Positions 19,786 through 28,550 of a stretch of DNA of 64,000 nucleotides are shown here, piece by piece (position 1 is the stretch's first letter; every line of letters begins with the position of its first letter). The position numbers were made by a program, and so were the translations under genes. The notes beneath the pieces were generated by a model. The model had not been told where the DNA came from. It did no database searches and worked only from the letters and a program-made list of their open reading frames with translations. This DNA comes from a bacterium (GTDB taxonomy: Bacteria > Desulfobacterota > DSWW01): positions 29,352 to 93,351 of the forward strand of contig JBFLZG010000137.1 of NCBI GenBank assembly GCA_040756235.1. The letters are read 5' to 3'.

Positions 19786-21138
19786 TCAGCCGGAGGGAAA
19801 GAGCCTCTCCATCAGGCTCAGGGCAACGCTGGCTGCGGCCTGCATGCCCACGCCGCGAGCTTCACGGACCGTATCGCTCGCCATGAAGAGGTTCTGAATA
19901 CCGGGCGGAACCATGGACGGCCTGTGCCGGCCCGAGATCCCGGGCGATTCGGAAAGGCCGTATGCCGCCGCGGTGCGGACCTCCCAGCGCGTGGCCTGGG
20001 CAAGACCCGGGAGCAGCTCCCGGCCGTCTTCCATGAGATTGTCCAGGACGTGCCGGACGGCCCTGCGGGTCCGCGCCCACTCAAGCTCGGAGAGGTCGGG
20101 CAAGTCCTGGTAACTGCCCTGGATGCACAGGTTGACCTGTGTCTGTCCGGCCTTGTCCCCGTAGGATTGGTGCTGGAAGAAGATCCCGTAGGTGCCGGTT
20201 CTGGGAAGATAGGGGTGCCACCGGAAGAGCCTGATGTCCCACAGGGGCTCGTCCACTGCGCACACGATGGTCCACACGTGGCAGATCTTTTTTTCCAGCC
20301 TGCGGATCCAGTCCCGGTACCAGATCGGGAATTCGTCCTCGGAGATCACCTTGAACAGGTCCCAGACGGGCAGCGTGCAGATGACCAAGGGAGCCTTGAC
20401 GACTTCGGTGGGTCTGATGTGCGAAGGGAACAGACGTTCCCCGACCTCCAGCTCGACCCCCCGCGCCACCCCCTGCTCGATCACGATGTCGCTCACCGGG
20501 GTGCTCAGCCGGATCTCGCCTCCGTGGGTCTCGATGTAATTCCTCAGAGGCTCGGTGAGCGCTCGAAGCCCGCCCTGCAACGTGCCGCCGATCTGGTTCA
20601 ACTTGAGGCCGCGCTGAAAGTGCTCCCGGAAGAAATGGATCATCTCCCCCAGGGAGAGATCCTCGGTCTTGTTTCCCACGTCGGCGATCTGCGCCAGATA
20701 GGTCCAAAGGAGCTCCCACCCCCTCTCTTCGCTCCGGCCGCCGTACCAGTCCCTCACGGAAACGTCATAGAGCCGCTCGACCTCCTCCCGCGGCATGGTG
20801 GCAAACGAGTGCAACACCTCTCTCGCCTCCGCCATGGGGAAGACGTCCTTCATCGGTCTCCAGGCCTCGTCCTGATAGACTTCGCCGCCCGGATACCGGT
20901 GGAGCTTGGGGAAGTCGAGGCCCAGCTTCTCGAAGATCCTCTCCAGGTGGCCCGCCTCGCTCGGCATGTGAGCCCCGTCGTCCAGCACATGCCTCCGGTG
21001 CTCGAGACAGCCCGCCCTGCCGCCCACGCCAGGCCGCTTGTCGAGCAGCAGGACCTTCTGGCCCCGGCAGGCCAGCAGGGCGCCCGTGCAAAGGCCCGTG
21101 AATCCCGCGCCGATCAGGATGGCATCATATTGCGGCAT
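19786..21138 (-). CDS. FAD-dependent oxidoreductase, phytoene desaturase/amine oxidase-like
   Basis: IGAGFTGL..LLDK...GGRA, GGLRALTEPL..IETHGGEIRL, IQNLFMASDT. Confidence 0.8.
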   Translation of the reverse strand: MPQYDAILIGAGFTGLCTGALLACRGQKVLLLDKRPGVGGRAGCLEHRRHVLDDGAHMPSEAGHLERIFEKLGLDFPKLHRYPGGEVYQDEAWRPMKDVFPMAEAREVLHSFATMPREEVERLYDVSVRDWYGGRSEERGWELLWTYLAQIADVGNKTEDLSLGEMIHFFREHFQRGLKLNQIGGTLQGGLRALTEPLRNYIETHGGEIRLSTPVSDIVIEQGVARGVELEVGERLFPSHIRPTEVVKAPLVICTLPVWDLFKVISEDEFPIWYRDWIRRLEKKICHVWTIVCAVDEPLWDIRLFRWHPYLPRTGTYGIFFQHQSYGDKAGQTQVNLCIQGSYQDLPDLSELEWARTRRAVRHVLDNLMEDGRELLPGLAQATRWEVRTAAAYGLSESPGISGRHRPSMVPPGIQNLFMASDTVREARGVGMQAAASVALSLMERLFPSG

Positions 21139-21184
21139 GGCTCGCTCTCCTGCGCGCTTCCGCGCGAACCGCTCCCCGGGGATC

Positions 21185-21835
21185 CTACGGTTTGAACCGG
21201 TCCCCGATTCCGTGAAACACGAACTCGATGACCTCTTTCTTCCGTTCTTCGATCATTCTTGCGCTGTAGACATCCTTCTTCCACAGCTCCCGGATCGTGG
21301 AGGCCGCCACGAAGAACATGGTCGTGCAGCCGAGGATGCTGGAGATGAGATGGACGGTGTCATTGGGGTGCCTCTCCCGGTCCCGGAGGTTCGAGTAAAC
21401 GAACCGGTCCGCCATCTCGAAGGTTTCCTTGAGATAGGGCTTGGAGAGCATTTCGTTTACGTACCGGCCGCCGTCGACGGATTCCCGGAGAAGGATTCTT
21501 GCTACGTGATCCTTCTCGGCCAGGATGTCGATGCCCGACGAGATCAGCTTTCTCAGCTTCGCGGGAGGTGAGGCCTCTTCCATCATGATCGGGAAAAGGC
21601 GCCGCTGCAGGCTCACGTAGAAATTCTCGATCACCGTTCTGTAGAGGTTTTCCTTGCTGCCGTAATGGTAATTGATCTGGGAGGGGGGGACCTGGGCGAG
21701 CGCTGCGACTTCGACGATACGGGCCCCCTTGAGCCCTTTTTCAGCGAATACCTTCTCTGCAGCGGCCAGGATCCGGGCTTCCGTGCTGCCCGGTGGTTTC
21801 TGGCCCCTGCGCTGCTTGTGTTTCTGTCTCTTCAT
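21185..21835 (-). CDS. TetR/AcrR family regulator (paralog A)
   Basis: ILAAAEKVFAEKG..INYHYGSKENL HTH. Confidence 0.93.
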   Translation of the reverse strand: MKRQKHKQRRGQKPPGSTEARILAAAEKVFAEKGLKGARIVEVAALAQVPPSQINYHYGSKENLYRTVIENFYVSLQRRLFPIMMEEASPPAKLRKLISSGIDILAEKDHVARILLRESVDGGRYVNEMLSKPYLKETFEMADRFVYSNLRDRERHPNDTVHLISSILGCTTMFFVAASTIRELWKKDVYSARMIEERKKEVIEFVFHGIGDRFKP

Positions 21836-21886
21836 CTATCGTGCCTTCAGCGGCCAGCCGATGTTCCGTCGAGATTGGGATCATAG

Positions 21887-21931
21887 TTCGAATGATTGTT
21901 CGAAATTAGCCGACCCTGAAGGAAGTGTCAA
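21887..21931 (-). promoter_or_regulatory. sigma70-type promoter of tetR-A with overlapping operator TTCGAATGATTGTTCGAA
   Basis: Minus-strand TTGACA (21931-21926), 17 bp, TAATTT (21908-21903); palindrome at 21887-21904. Confidence 0.7.
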
Positions 21932-21995
21932 GCAAAAATTGGATGAAGATACGCCTTTAAATATTGGCCACAGTGCATCTGCAGGAAGATTTTTG

Positions 21996-22047
21996 TTGCA
22001 TCCACCGACCGAAATGGTTTAATCTCCGATTCGAACGTTTGTTCGAT
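21996..22047 (+). promoter_or_regulatory. Putative promoter and operator TTCGAACGTTTGTTCGAT upstream of the flavoprotein operon
   Basis: TTGCAT (21996), 16 bp, TTTAAT (22018); palindrome at 22030-22047. Confidence 0.65.
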
Positions 22048-22147
22048 ATCCGAGAGCCGGGTGGAGACGGACACGAGAGGGGGAGGTGCGCGCCCACCGT
22101 GTGAGATCCTGCGGACTCCGGGTGGGAAAACGAAAGGAGATGCCCGG

Positions 22148-23662
22148 ATGAGTGGCAAACAGGTCGATGTCGTCGTGGTCGGCGGAGGCATCGGGGGGCT
22201 GATGACGGGGGCCATCCTCGCCAAGAGAGAGGGGCTGCGCGTGCTGCTGCTGGAGCAGGAACGATTTCTCGGAGGGAAGATCTTTTCCTTCGAGCACTCC
22301 GAGTTTGAGCCGGCCGAGTTCCGGCACCTGCTGTACGCGTTGACCCGGAGCCGCGTCATCCGAGCCGACCCTCCGCTGGAAGATCTCCTCGGACAGAAAG
22401 CGTTCCGCGACTTCATTTTCGAAGGCGGATGGCACGGGTTCATCGCTGCGGACAGGAGCCGGGCGTCCTTCATCCTCAAGGCCCTGGGTCGCGACCTCAA
22501 GGTCATCCCGAACCGCGGTTTCCGGTGGTGGCAGAACAACGGCTGGCATGAGCTCCGGGACCGCATGCGCGACTGGACGGCGGAGGAGCTTCAGGAAGGC
22601 AAAGAGGTCTCCCGCCAGATGAACCTCATGTCGGCCGATGAAGCCAGCGCTTTCGACCACGTGGACATGCGTGCCTACATGCAGTCCCGGGCCCGGAGCC
22701 CGAGGGTCCGCCAGTTCCACGAGGTCCTGGCCGGGTGGGAGACGGGCCTGAACGACCCGGCCCTGGTTTCCGCCGGCGAACATATCAAGACGGTCAACCT
22801 CGTCCATTGCTCGGGCCGGGACTTTCAGGCCGGAGGCGCCGGCGAGCCGGCGGGCGGGTTCAACTCCTTGACGCGGGCCTTTGCCGGGATCATCGAGGAA
22901 GCCGGAGGAGAGATCCGCACCGGAACGCCGGTGCGGGAAGTCCTGCTGGAGGATCACGCTGCCCGGGGCGTCAGGGCCGAGACCGCGGACGGCGCCCTGG
23001 AGGTCACGGCCCGCGCGGTCGTCTGCAACGTGCCCGTGCAAAGGGCTTTCTCTCTGATCCCGCGCTCGTACTGGCCGCTCGAGCTCACCGAGCGGATCTC
23101 GAGGGTCTGGCCTCTGTCGGGCATCCTGGGCTGGGTCTGCACGAAACCTCCGATGGACCCCGGCTTTTCCGGAATCTATGTGGTCCCTGTTCTTCCGGGC
23201 TGCAGCGCCGCGGACGGCTTCCGGGGAGACGTCTTGTTCTCCTTCGAGGACGCGGGCGTGATCGATTCATCACGCGTGCCTCCCGGGCACGGTTTGCTGG
23301 CGGTCTGGGCCGGGCTGCTGTGCCGTGACCCGGACGAGATTCACAACCCGGCGCTCGTGGAACGGGTGGTCGAAGGGATCGCCGACTTCCTGAAGGTCCT
23401 GATGCCGGATTTCGAGCAGCAGGTGAAGTGGTATTTCTTCACCATGGCCGAGGAGCTCTACAGCGTCTCCATCTCCCCGGGGCTGGTGGGCGACCGTCGC
23501 CTCCCGGTCACCCATCCGACGGTGAAGAACCTCTACTTCACCGGCGATTCCGCGGCCCAGTGGGGGTTCGGCATTTCCGGGGTTGCGCTCAGCGCGGTGC
23601 GCTGCGCCACGGCGGTCTCCGGAAGGGACCAGTCGGTGATGTTGCCCTTCTACATGCGCTGA
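22148..23662 (+). CDS. FAD-dependent oxidoreductase, phytoene desaturase-like
   Basis: VGGGIGGL..LLEQ..LGG, PAGGFNSLTRAF..IEEAGGEIR, VKNLYFTGDS; AAGGAG RBS. Confidence 0.82.
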   Translation: MSGKQVDVVVVGGGIGGLMTGAILAKREGLRVLLLEQERFLGGKIFSFEHSEFEPAEFRHLLYALTRSRVIRADPPLEDLLGQKAFRDFIFEGGWHGFIAADRSRASFILKALGRDLKVIPNRGFRWWQNNGWHELRDRMRDWTAEELQEGKEVSRQMNLMSADEASAFDHVDMRAYMQSRARSPRVRQFHEVLAGWETGLNDPALVSAGEHIKTVNLVHCSGRDFQAGGAGEPAGGFNSLTRAFAGIIEEAGGEIRTGTPVREVLLEDHAARGVRAETADGALEVTARAVVCNVPVQRAFSLIPRSYWPLELTERISRVWPLSGILGWVCTKPPMDPGFSGIYVVPVLPGCSAADGFRGDVLFSFEDAGVIDSSRVPPGHGLLAVWAGLLCRDPDEIHNPALVERVVEGIADFLKVLMPDFEQQVKWYFFTMAEELYSVSISPGLVGDRRLPVTHPTVKNLYFTGDSAAQWGFGISGVALSAVRCATAVSGRDQSVMLPFYMR

Positions 23663-23685
23663 TGCGCGAACTCATGGGGGATGCC

Positions 23686-24507
23686 ATGAAAGAAATCAGG
23701 GACAAGATCGTCGTGATCACGGGCGCCGGCAGCGGGATCGGGCGGGCGACCGCTATCCAGTTTGCCGGGCAGGGAGCTGATCTGGTCGTCTCGGACGTAA
23801 ATGAGACGGGGCTGGCCGATACGGTGGCGGCGATTGAGTCTCAGGGCAGGAAGGCTCTGGCGCTGCGCACCGATGTGTCCAAGCGCGCCGAGGTGGCGGC
23901 CATGGTCGAAAAGGCCGTGGCCACCTACGGCCGCATCGACATCTTCATGAACAATGCCGGGATCGGGATCACGGGCGAGATGCGGCATCTGACGCTCGAG
24001 GACTGGGAAAGGATCGTGAGCATCAACCTGTGGGGGGTCATCTACGGCATCCATTTCGCGTTGCCCCACCTGATTCGGGAGCGGAGCGGCTATATCGTCA
24101 ACGTCGCCTCCTCGGCCGGCCTGATCGCAAGCCCGGGGATGTCCGCCTACACGACCACCAAGTTCGGAGTGGTCGGCCTCTCGGAAGTGCTGCGCAACGA
24201 GCTGGCTCCCTACGGGATCGGCGTTACGGTCGTCTGCCCCGGATTCGTGCGCACGAACATCTTCAGCACCGCCGAGGTGAGAGGGATAAAGGACCCCGAG
24301 GAGGCCAGGAAGGTTCCACCCTGGCTGGGCATATCCGCCGAGGCCTGCGCGCGAGACATCGTCAAGGCGGTCCGGAAGAACAAGTTTCTGATCATTCCGG
24401 GTCCCGAGATGAAGGTGGTTTACGGCTTCAAACGGTTCGTTCCACCGCTCTACAACGGCTTCAACAGATTGATGGGCAGGCATATCCGGCGGATCAGCGT
24501 GGAATGA
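23686..24507 (+). CDS. SDR family oxidoreductase
   Basis: TGAGSGIG, NNAG, YTTTK, VCPGFVRT. Confidence 0.93.
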   Translation: MKEIRDKIVVITGAGSGIGRATAIQFAGQGADLVVSDVNETGLADTVAAIESQGRKALALRTDVSKRAEVAAMVEKAVATYGRIDIFMNNAGIGITGEMRHLTLEDWERIVSINLWGVIYGIHFALPHLIRERSGYIVNVASSAGLIASPGMSAYTTTKFGVVGLSEVLRNELAPYGIGVTVVCPGFVRTNIFSTAEVRGIKDPEEARKVPPWLGISAEACARDIVKAVRKNKFLIIPGPEMKVVYGFKRFVPPLYNGFNRLMGRHIRRISVE

Positions 24508-24535
24508 GAGCCCCGGGAGAGAGGGAGGTGGGAGG

Positions 24536-25342
24536 ATGGCCGAAAAAGAGGTCCTGTACGATTTGGAGGGCCCGATCGCGATCGTGACCCTGAACCGGCC
24601 GGCCAGGATGAACGCCCTGACGCTCGCCGCGCACCGGGAGTTGGCCGACGCCATCGAGCAAGCCGACAGGGATGAACGAATTCGGGCGATCGTGATCACC
24701 GGCGCAGGGAAGGGATTCTGCTCCGGGGATGACGTGGGAGACGTGTTCCTGAGCCCGGAGGAAGACGCCTTCAAGACCCGGGAAGCCAGACTCAGACAAA
24801 TTCAGGGCGAGCACCCTTTCCCGGGAGGGGGTCACCGGTTGCTGGCGATCAACAAGCCTTCCATCGCAGCCGTGAACGGCCCTGCCGTGGGGTACGGCTG
24901 CGAGCTGGCCCTTCTGTGCAACATGCGGGTCGCCTCGGAAAGAGCCCGCTTCAGCGAGATCTTCCTCAGGGTCGGCCTGATGCCGGACGAAGGCCTGCTG
25001 ATTCTGCCGAGGCTGATCGGGCTCGCGAAGACCTACGAGATGGTCCTCACCACGGACTTCGTCGACGCCCGGGAGGCCGAGCGAATCGGTCTGGTGAACA
25101 AGGTGGTTCCCCACGAGGAGCTCATGCCCGCAACCCTGGAGCTGTGCCGAAAGATCGCCGCCAAGCCTCCCGTCGCGACGCGGCTGGCCATGGAGGGGAT
25201 CCGAAGGGGCCTTGGATGGCCGCTGGAGTCTTTCATGCGCTACCAGGCGGTGGCTTCACCCTTCTGCGCAGAGACGGAAGACCACAAGGAGGGGGCCCGG
25301 GCATTCCTGGAAAAACGGGACCCGGTCTTCAAGGGCAGGTAG
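24536..25342 (+). CDS. Enoyl-CoA hydratase/isomerase family
   Basis: LNRPARMNA, FCSGDD, VNGPAVGYG, EGARAFLEKR. Confidence 0.93.
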   Translation: MAEKEVLYDLEGPIAIVTLNRPARMNALTLAAHRELADAIEQADRDERIRAIVITGAGKGFCSGDDVGDVFLSPEEDAFKTREARLRQIQGEHPFPGGGHRLLAINKPSIAAVNGPAVGYGCELALLCNMRVASERARFSEIFLRVGLMPDEGLLILPRLIGLAKTYEMVLTTDFVDAREAERIGLVNKVVPHEELMPATLELCRKIAAKPPVATRLAMEGIRRGLGWPLESFMRYQAVASPFCAETEDHKEGARAFLEKRDPVFKGR

Positions 25343-25517
25343 AGGCTGTCCCAAAACGCCCATCTGCGGCGTTCGGCTCGTTCTTCGTTCCCGGCCTTCG
25401 CCGGGACGGGCTCCCCGCCCGTCCGCCGGATTTTCAAGTACGCCGCATTCCTCAGAACGTCGCCTGCCTTGCATCTGGGCATTTTTGAACAGCCTCTGAA
25501 ATCGAGGCTCTTGGGAC
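25341..25517. mobile_element. MITE-like element copy 3 with internal TCCCGGC-CTTC-GCCGGGA hairpin
   Basis: AGAGGCTGTCCCAAAACGCCCATCTGCGGCGTT...CTTGCATCTGGGCATTTTTGAACAGCCTCT; lies between convergent genes. Confidence 0.8.
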
Positions 25518-25561
25518 GCGAAGGCGGTCCGGGCGCCGCCAGGCCTCCTCGCGGGAGCTGC

Positions 25562-26230
25562 TCATCGGAAGCGGGAGCCGATCCCGTTGAAGACGAAGTC
25601 GACGACTTCTTCCTTTCTCTCCTCGATCATCTTCCTGGCGTAGACATCCTTCTTCCAGAACTCGCGGATGGTCGAAGAGGCGATGAAGAACATGGTCATG
25701 CAGCCGAAGATGTTGGAGATGAGGTGGATGGTGTCGTTGCGGGAGTGCCGATTGCCCTTCATGTTCGAAAAGACGAACCGCTCCGAGAGCTCGAACATCT
25801 CGCGCAGGTAAGGCTTGGAGAGGACCTCGTTCACATACTTGCCCTTGTCGATGGACTCGCGCAGGAGGATCCTGGCCACGTGATCGTTCTCGGCCAGCAT
25901 GTCGATGCCGATCTCGATCAATTTTCTGAGCTTTTCCTGCGGCGCGATGTCGTCCTTCATCATGATCGGGAACAGGCGCCGCTGCACGTTCGAATAGTAG
26001 TTCTCGATCACGGTCTTGTAGAGGTTCTCCTTGCCCCGGTAATGATAGTTGATCAGGGACGGAGTCACCCGGGCGAGGGCAGCGATCTCTGCAGTCCGAG
26101 CGCCTTTGAGGCCCTTTTCCGCAAACACCCTCTCCGCCGCCGCCAGGATCCTCGCCTCGGTATCCTGCGAGTCGTTCCGGTTTCCATCCGACCACCACGG
26201 TTGCCTCATCCTGCTTGTCGAGCCCGCCAT
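25562..26230 (-). CDS. TetR/AcrR family regulator (paralog B)
   Basis: Closely similar to 21185-21835 along its length (TEARILAAAE.VFAEKGLKGAR, QRRLFPIMM, LSKPYL, WKKDVY..MIEERK). Confidence 0.93.
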   Translation of the reverse strand: MAGSTSRMRQPWWSDGNRNDSQDTEARILAAAERVFAEKGLKGARTAEIAALARVTPSLINYHYRGKENLYKTVIENYYSNVQRRLFPIMMKDDIAPQEKLRKLIEIGIDMLAENDHVARILLRESIDKGKYVNEVLSKPYLREMFELSERFVFSNMKGNRHSRNDTIHLISNIFGCMTMFFIASSTIREFWKKDVYARKMIEERKEEVVDFVFNGIGSRFR

Positions 26231-26302
26231 GAGAAATCCCCCGCGCCCCCGAGGAGGGCAAAGCCCCTCGTCTCGAAGGAACCGCCAGTTGGGTCCAAAC
26301 AG

Positions 26303-26348
26303 ATTGAACGTTTGTTCAAATTTAGCGGAGGCGTCGACCTCCTGTCAA
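26303..26348 (-). promoter_or_regulatory. Promoter of tetR-B with operator TTGAACGTTTGTTCAA
   Basis: Minus-strand TTGACA (26348-26343), 18 bp, TAAATT (26324-26319); palindrome at 26304-26319. Confidence 0.7.
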
Positions 26349-26432
26349 GAGGGAAAAGGATCAAAAGATCGATCCAAACTCATCTTCTTTTCAGTCTATT
26401 CTGGATCCTGGCAGGGGCGCGCAAAAAAGTTG

Positions 26433-26478
26433 TTGACAGAGATCTGGGATCCTGAAATACTTCGAACGGTTCTTCAAA
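26433..26478 (+). promoter_or_regulatory. Promoter of the long + strand operon with operator-like TTCGAACGGTTCTTCAAA
   Basis: TTGACA (26433), 17 bp, TG-n-AATACT (26453-26461); imperfect operator at 26461-26478. Confidence 0.7.
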
Positions 26479-26507
26479 AGTAGACCCCTTCCGTGGAGTG
26501 ACGAGCG

Positions 26508-26981
26508 ATGAGAATCGAGCAGGGCGAGCTGATTCTGGAGGATGGCGAGGTCCCGGTCCGACCGGGGGCCTTCACCCGCGTCCCGGGAGATCCGGCGCCT
26601 CATCTGATGGGGCGGCAGTGCCCGGACTGCGGGGACATTTCCTTCCCGCCTTTCCGGCACTGCCTGCGGTGCGGAAGCGACCGGGAGACGGTGGAGAAGG
26701 TCCTGGGCAACGAAGCACGGCTGCTCGGGTACACCGTCGCCAGGCAGGTCATGCCCGGGTTCCACCCCGGATACGTGCTGGCCAAGGTGCGCATGAAGGA
26801 TGATCCGACGCTGGTGCTGACTGCCCAGCTTGCGGATGTAAAAGAGGAGGATGTCGCGATCGGGATGGAGCTGGTCATGGTGCCGAGGATCATCAAGTCC
26901 CTCATGACAGGGGAAAAGGTCGTATCCTACTGCTTCCGCCCCAAGGACCCGGCCAGGGTGACGCCGGACACAGCGGGGTAG
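26508..26981 (+). CDS. Zn-ribbon/OB-fold protein (DUF35 family)
   Basis: CPDCG..FPP..HCLRC followed by an OB-fold; directly upstream of a thiolase. Confidence 0.88.
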   Translation: MRIEQGELILEDGEVPVRPGAFTRVPGDPAPHLMGRQCPDCGDISFPPFRHCLRCGSDRETVEKVLGNEARLLGYTVARQVMPGFHPGYVLAKVRMKDDPTLVLTAQLADVKEEDVAIGMELVMVPRIIKSLMTGEKVVSYCFRPKDPARVTPDTAG

Positions 26982-27047
26982 GGGCGAAAGGATTTTTCCC
27001 TACAGCTCGCAACAGGCTCCGCAGATGGGCCTTTTTCAACGGCCTGC
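26978..27047. repeat. GTAG-type REP hairpin plus truncated end of a MITE-like element
   Basis: GTAGGGGCGAAAGGATTTTTCCCTAC; 27005-27047 is the exact reverse complement of 61698-61740. Confidence 0.75.
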
Positions 27048-27063
27048 CAAGGAGGAGGCTTGA

Positions 27064-28227
27064 ATGAGAGACGTAGCAATCATCGGCGCCGGCATGATCC
27101 GGTTCGGCAAGTTTCCTGACTACCCGGCCGCCCGCATGGGAGGGGACGCGGCGGAGATAGCCCTCAAACAGGCGGGAGTCAAGCCCACCCAGATCGAAGC
27201 CACCTTCGTCGGGAATACCGGCGGGAACGCGCCCAACCTGGGGCAGCGGGTCAACGGCGAGATCGGGGTGACGGGAATCCCCGCATTCAATCACGAGAAC
27301 GCCTGCGCCAGCTCTTCGGCCGCCTTCCGCCAGGCGGCCCTCGCGGTCGCGAGCGGCATTCACGACTACGTGCTCGTGGTGGGCGTCGAGAACATGACTT
27401 CCCACATCGCTTCGGGCCGCGTGCCTGCAGGCCCTCTCGTCCTTCCGCACGGAGCCAACATCGAGGCGGACAACGGGATGATGATGCCGGCCGTGTTTGC
27501 GCTCCTCGGGAGCCATCACATGGCCGAGTACGGAACCACACCGGAGCAGTTCGCCAAGGTGGCGGTCAAGAACCACGCCCATTCCGTGCACAACCCGTAC
27601 GCCCAGTACCAGAAGGCGTTCACGCTGGAGGAGGTGCTGAGCTCCCGGATGGTCTGCGATCCTCTGACGCTCCTGCAGTGCTGCCCGATCGGGGACGGCG
27701 CGGCGGCCGTGGTCGTCACGACCGCCGCGAACGCGGCGAAACACACGACCAAGCCGGTCCACGTCGCGGGCTCGGTGCTGACGTCGGGAAAGTACAAGGC
27801 TTCGGTGGAAGGGCCGGTTCAGCTCGAGGCCTGCGTGCGGGCCGCCAGGCAATGTTACGAGGTAGCCGGCGTCGGGCCCGAAGATCTGGACGTGGTGGAG
27901 CTCCATGACTGCTTCAGCATCCACGAGCTGGTGGCCTACGAGGACCTCGGTCTCTGCCCCAAGGGCGAGGGCGGGCGCTTCATCGACGAGGGGCAGTCGG
28001 GTTACGGGGGCAAGGTGGTGGTGAACCCGTCGGGCGGGCTCCTGTGCAAGGGCCACCCGATCGGGGCCACGGGCGTGGCCCAGCTCGTAGAGGTGGTCTG
28101 GCAGCTCCAGGGTGTGTGCGGCGCCCGGCAGGTCCCGAATGCGAAGGTCGGCCTCACGCACAACGGGGGAGGCTTCGGACCCGGCAACGAGCCCGGCGCC
28201 ATGAGCATCACGATCGTGAAGATCTGA
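27064..28227 (+). CDS. SCP-x-type thiolase / lipid-transfer-protein family
   Basis: ENACASSS, ELHDCF, NPSGGLL.KGHPIGATG. Confidence 0.92.
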   Translation: MRDVAIIGAGMIRFGKFPDYPAARMGGDAAEIALKQAGVKPTQIEATFVGNTGGNAPNLGQRVNGEIGVTGIPAFNHENACASSSAAFRQAALAVASGIHDYVLVVGVENMTSHIASGRVPAGPLVLPHGANIEADNGMMMPAVFALLGSHHMAEYGTTPEQFAKVAVKNHAHSVHNPYAQYQKAFTLEEVLSSRMVCDPLTLLQCCPIGDGAAAVVVTTAANAAKHTTKPVHVAGSVLTSGKYKASVEGPVQLEACVRAARQCYEVAGVGPEDLDVVELHDCFSIHELVAYEDLGLCPKGEGGRFIDEGQSGYGGKVVVNPSGGLLCKGHPIGATGVAQLVEVVWQLQGVCGARQVPNAKVGLTHNGGGFGPGNEPGAMSITIVKI

Positions 28228-28296
28228 TGAGACTCAGCGGATGACATCTTCGGTTTCTGAGCCAGCCTGCTTGCAGGAGGAGATCTTTCGGGTTCC

Positions 28297-28534
28297 GGGG
28301 GCCGAAGGATGGCCGGATGCAAGGCGCGCGACAATTCCGCAGGACAGCGGAATTGGACGCATCATCCGCGAGGATGATGCGCCCGTAGGGCGAGGGCCAT
28401 GGATGGCCCGAGTCAAATTTGAGGAGTGAGACGTAACCGGGAGTCACAGTGGACCCCGGCCTTCGCCGGGGCAGGCTCCCCCCGCCACATGCGCCATGCG
28501 GGCAGTACAGCGGATGTGCGTTTATCGACAGCTC
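28297..28534. repeat. Composite MITE-like element carrying several nested hairpins
   Basis: GATGCAAGGCGCGCGA..GAGGAGTGAGACGTA scaffold with inserted hairpins CAATTCCGC/GCGGAATTG, CGCATCATCC/GGATGATGCG, GGGCCAT/ATGGCCC and CCCCGGC/GCCGGGG. Confidence 0.7.
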
Positions 28535-28550
28535 ATTACGGAGGGGAGCG

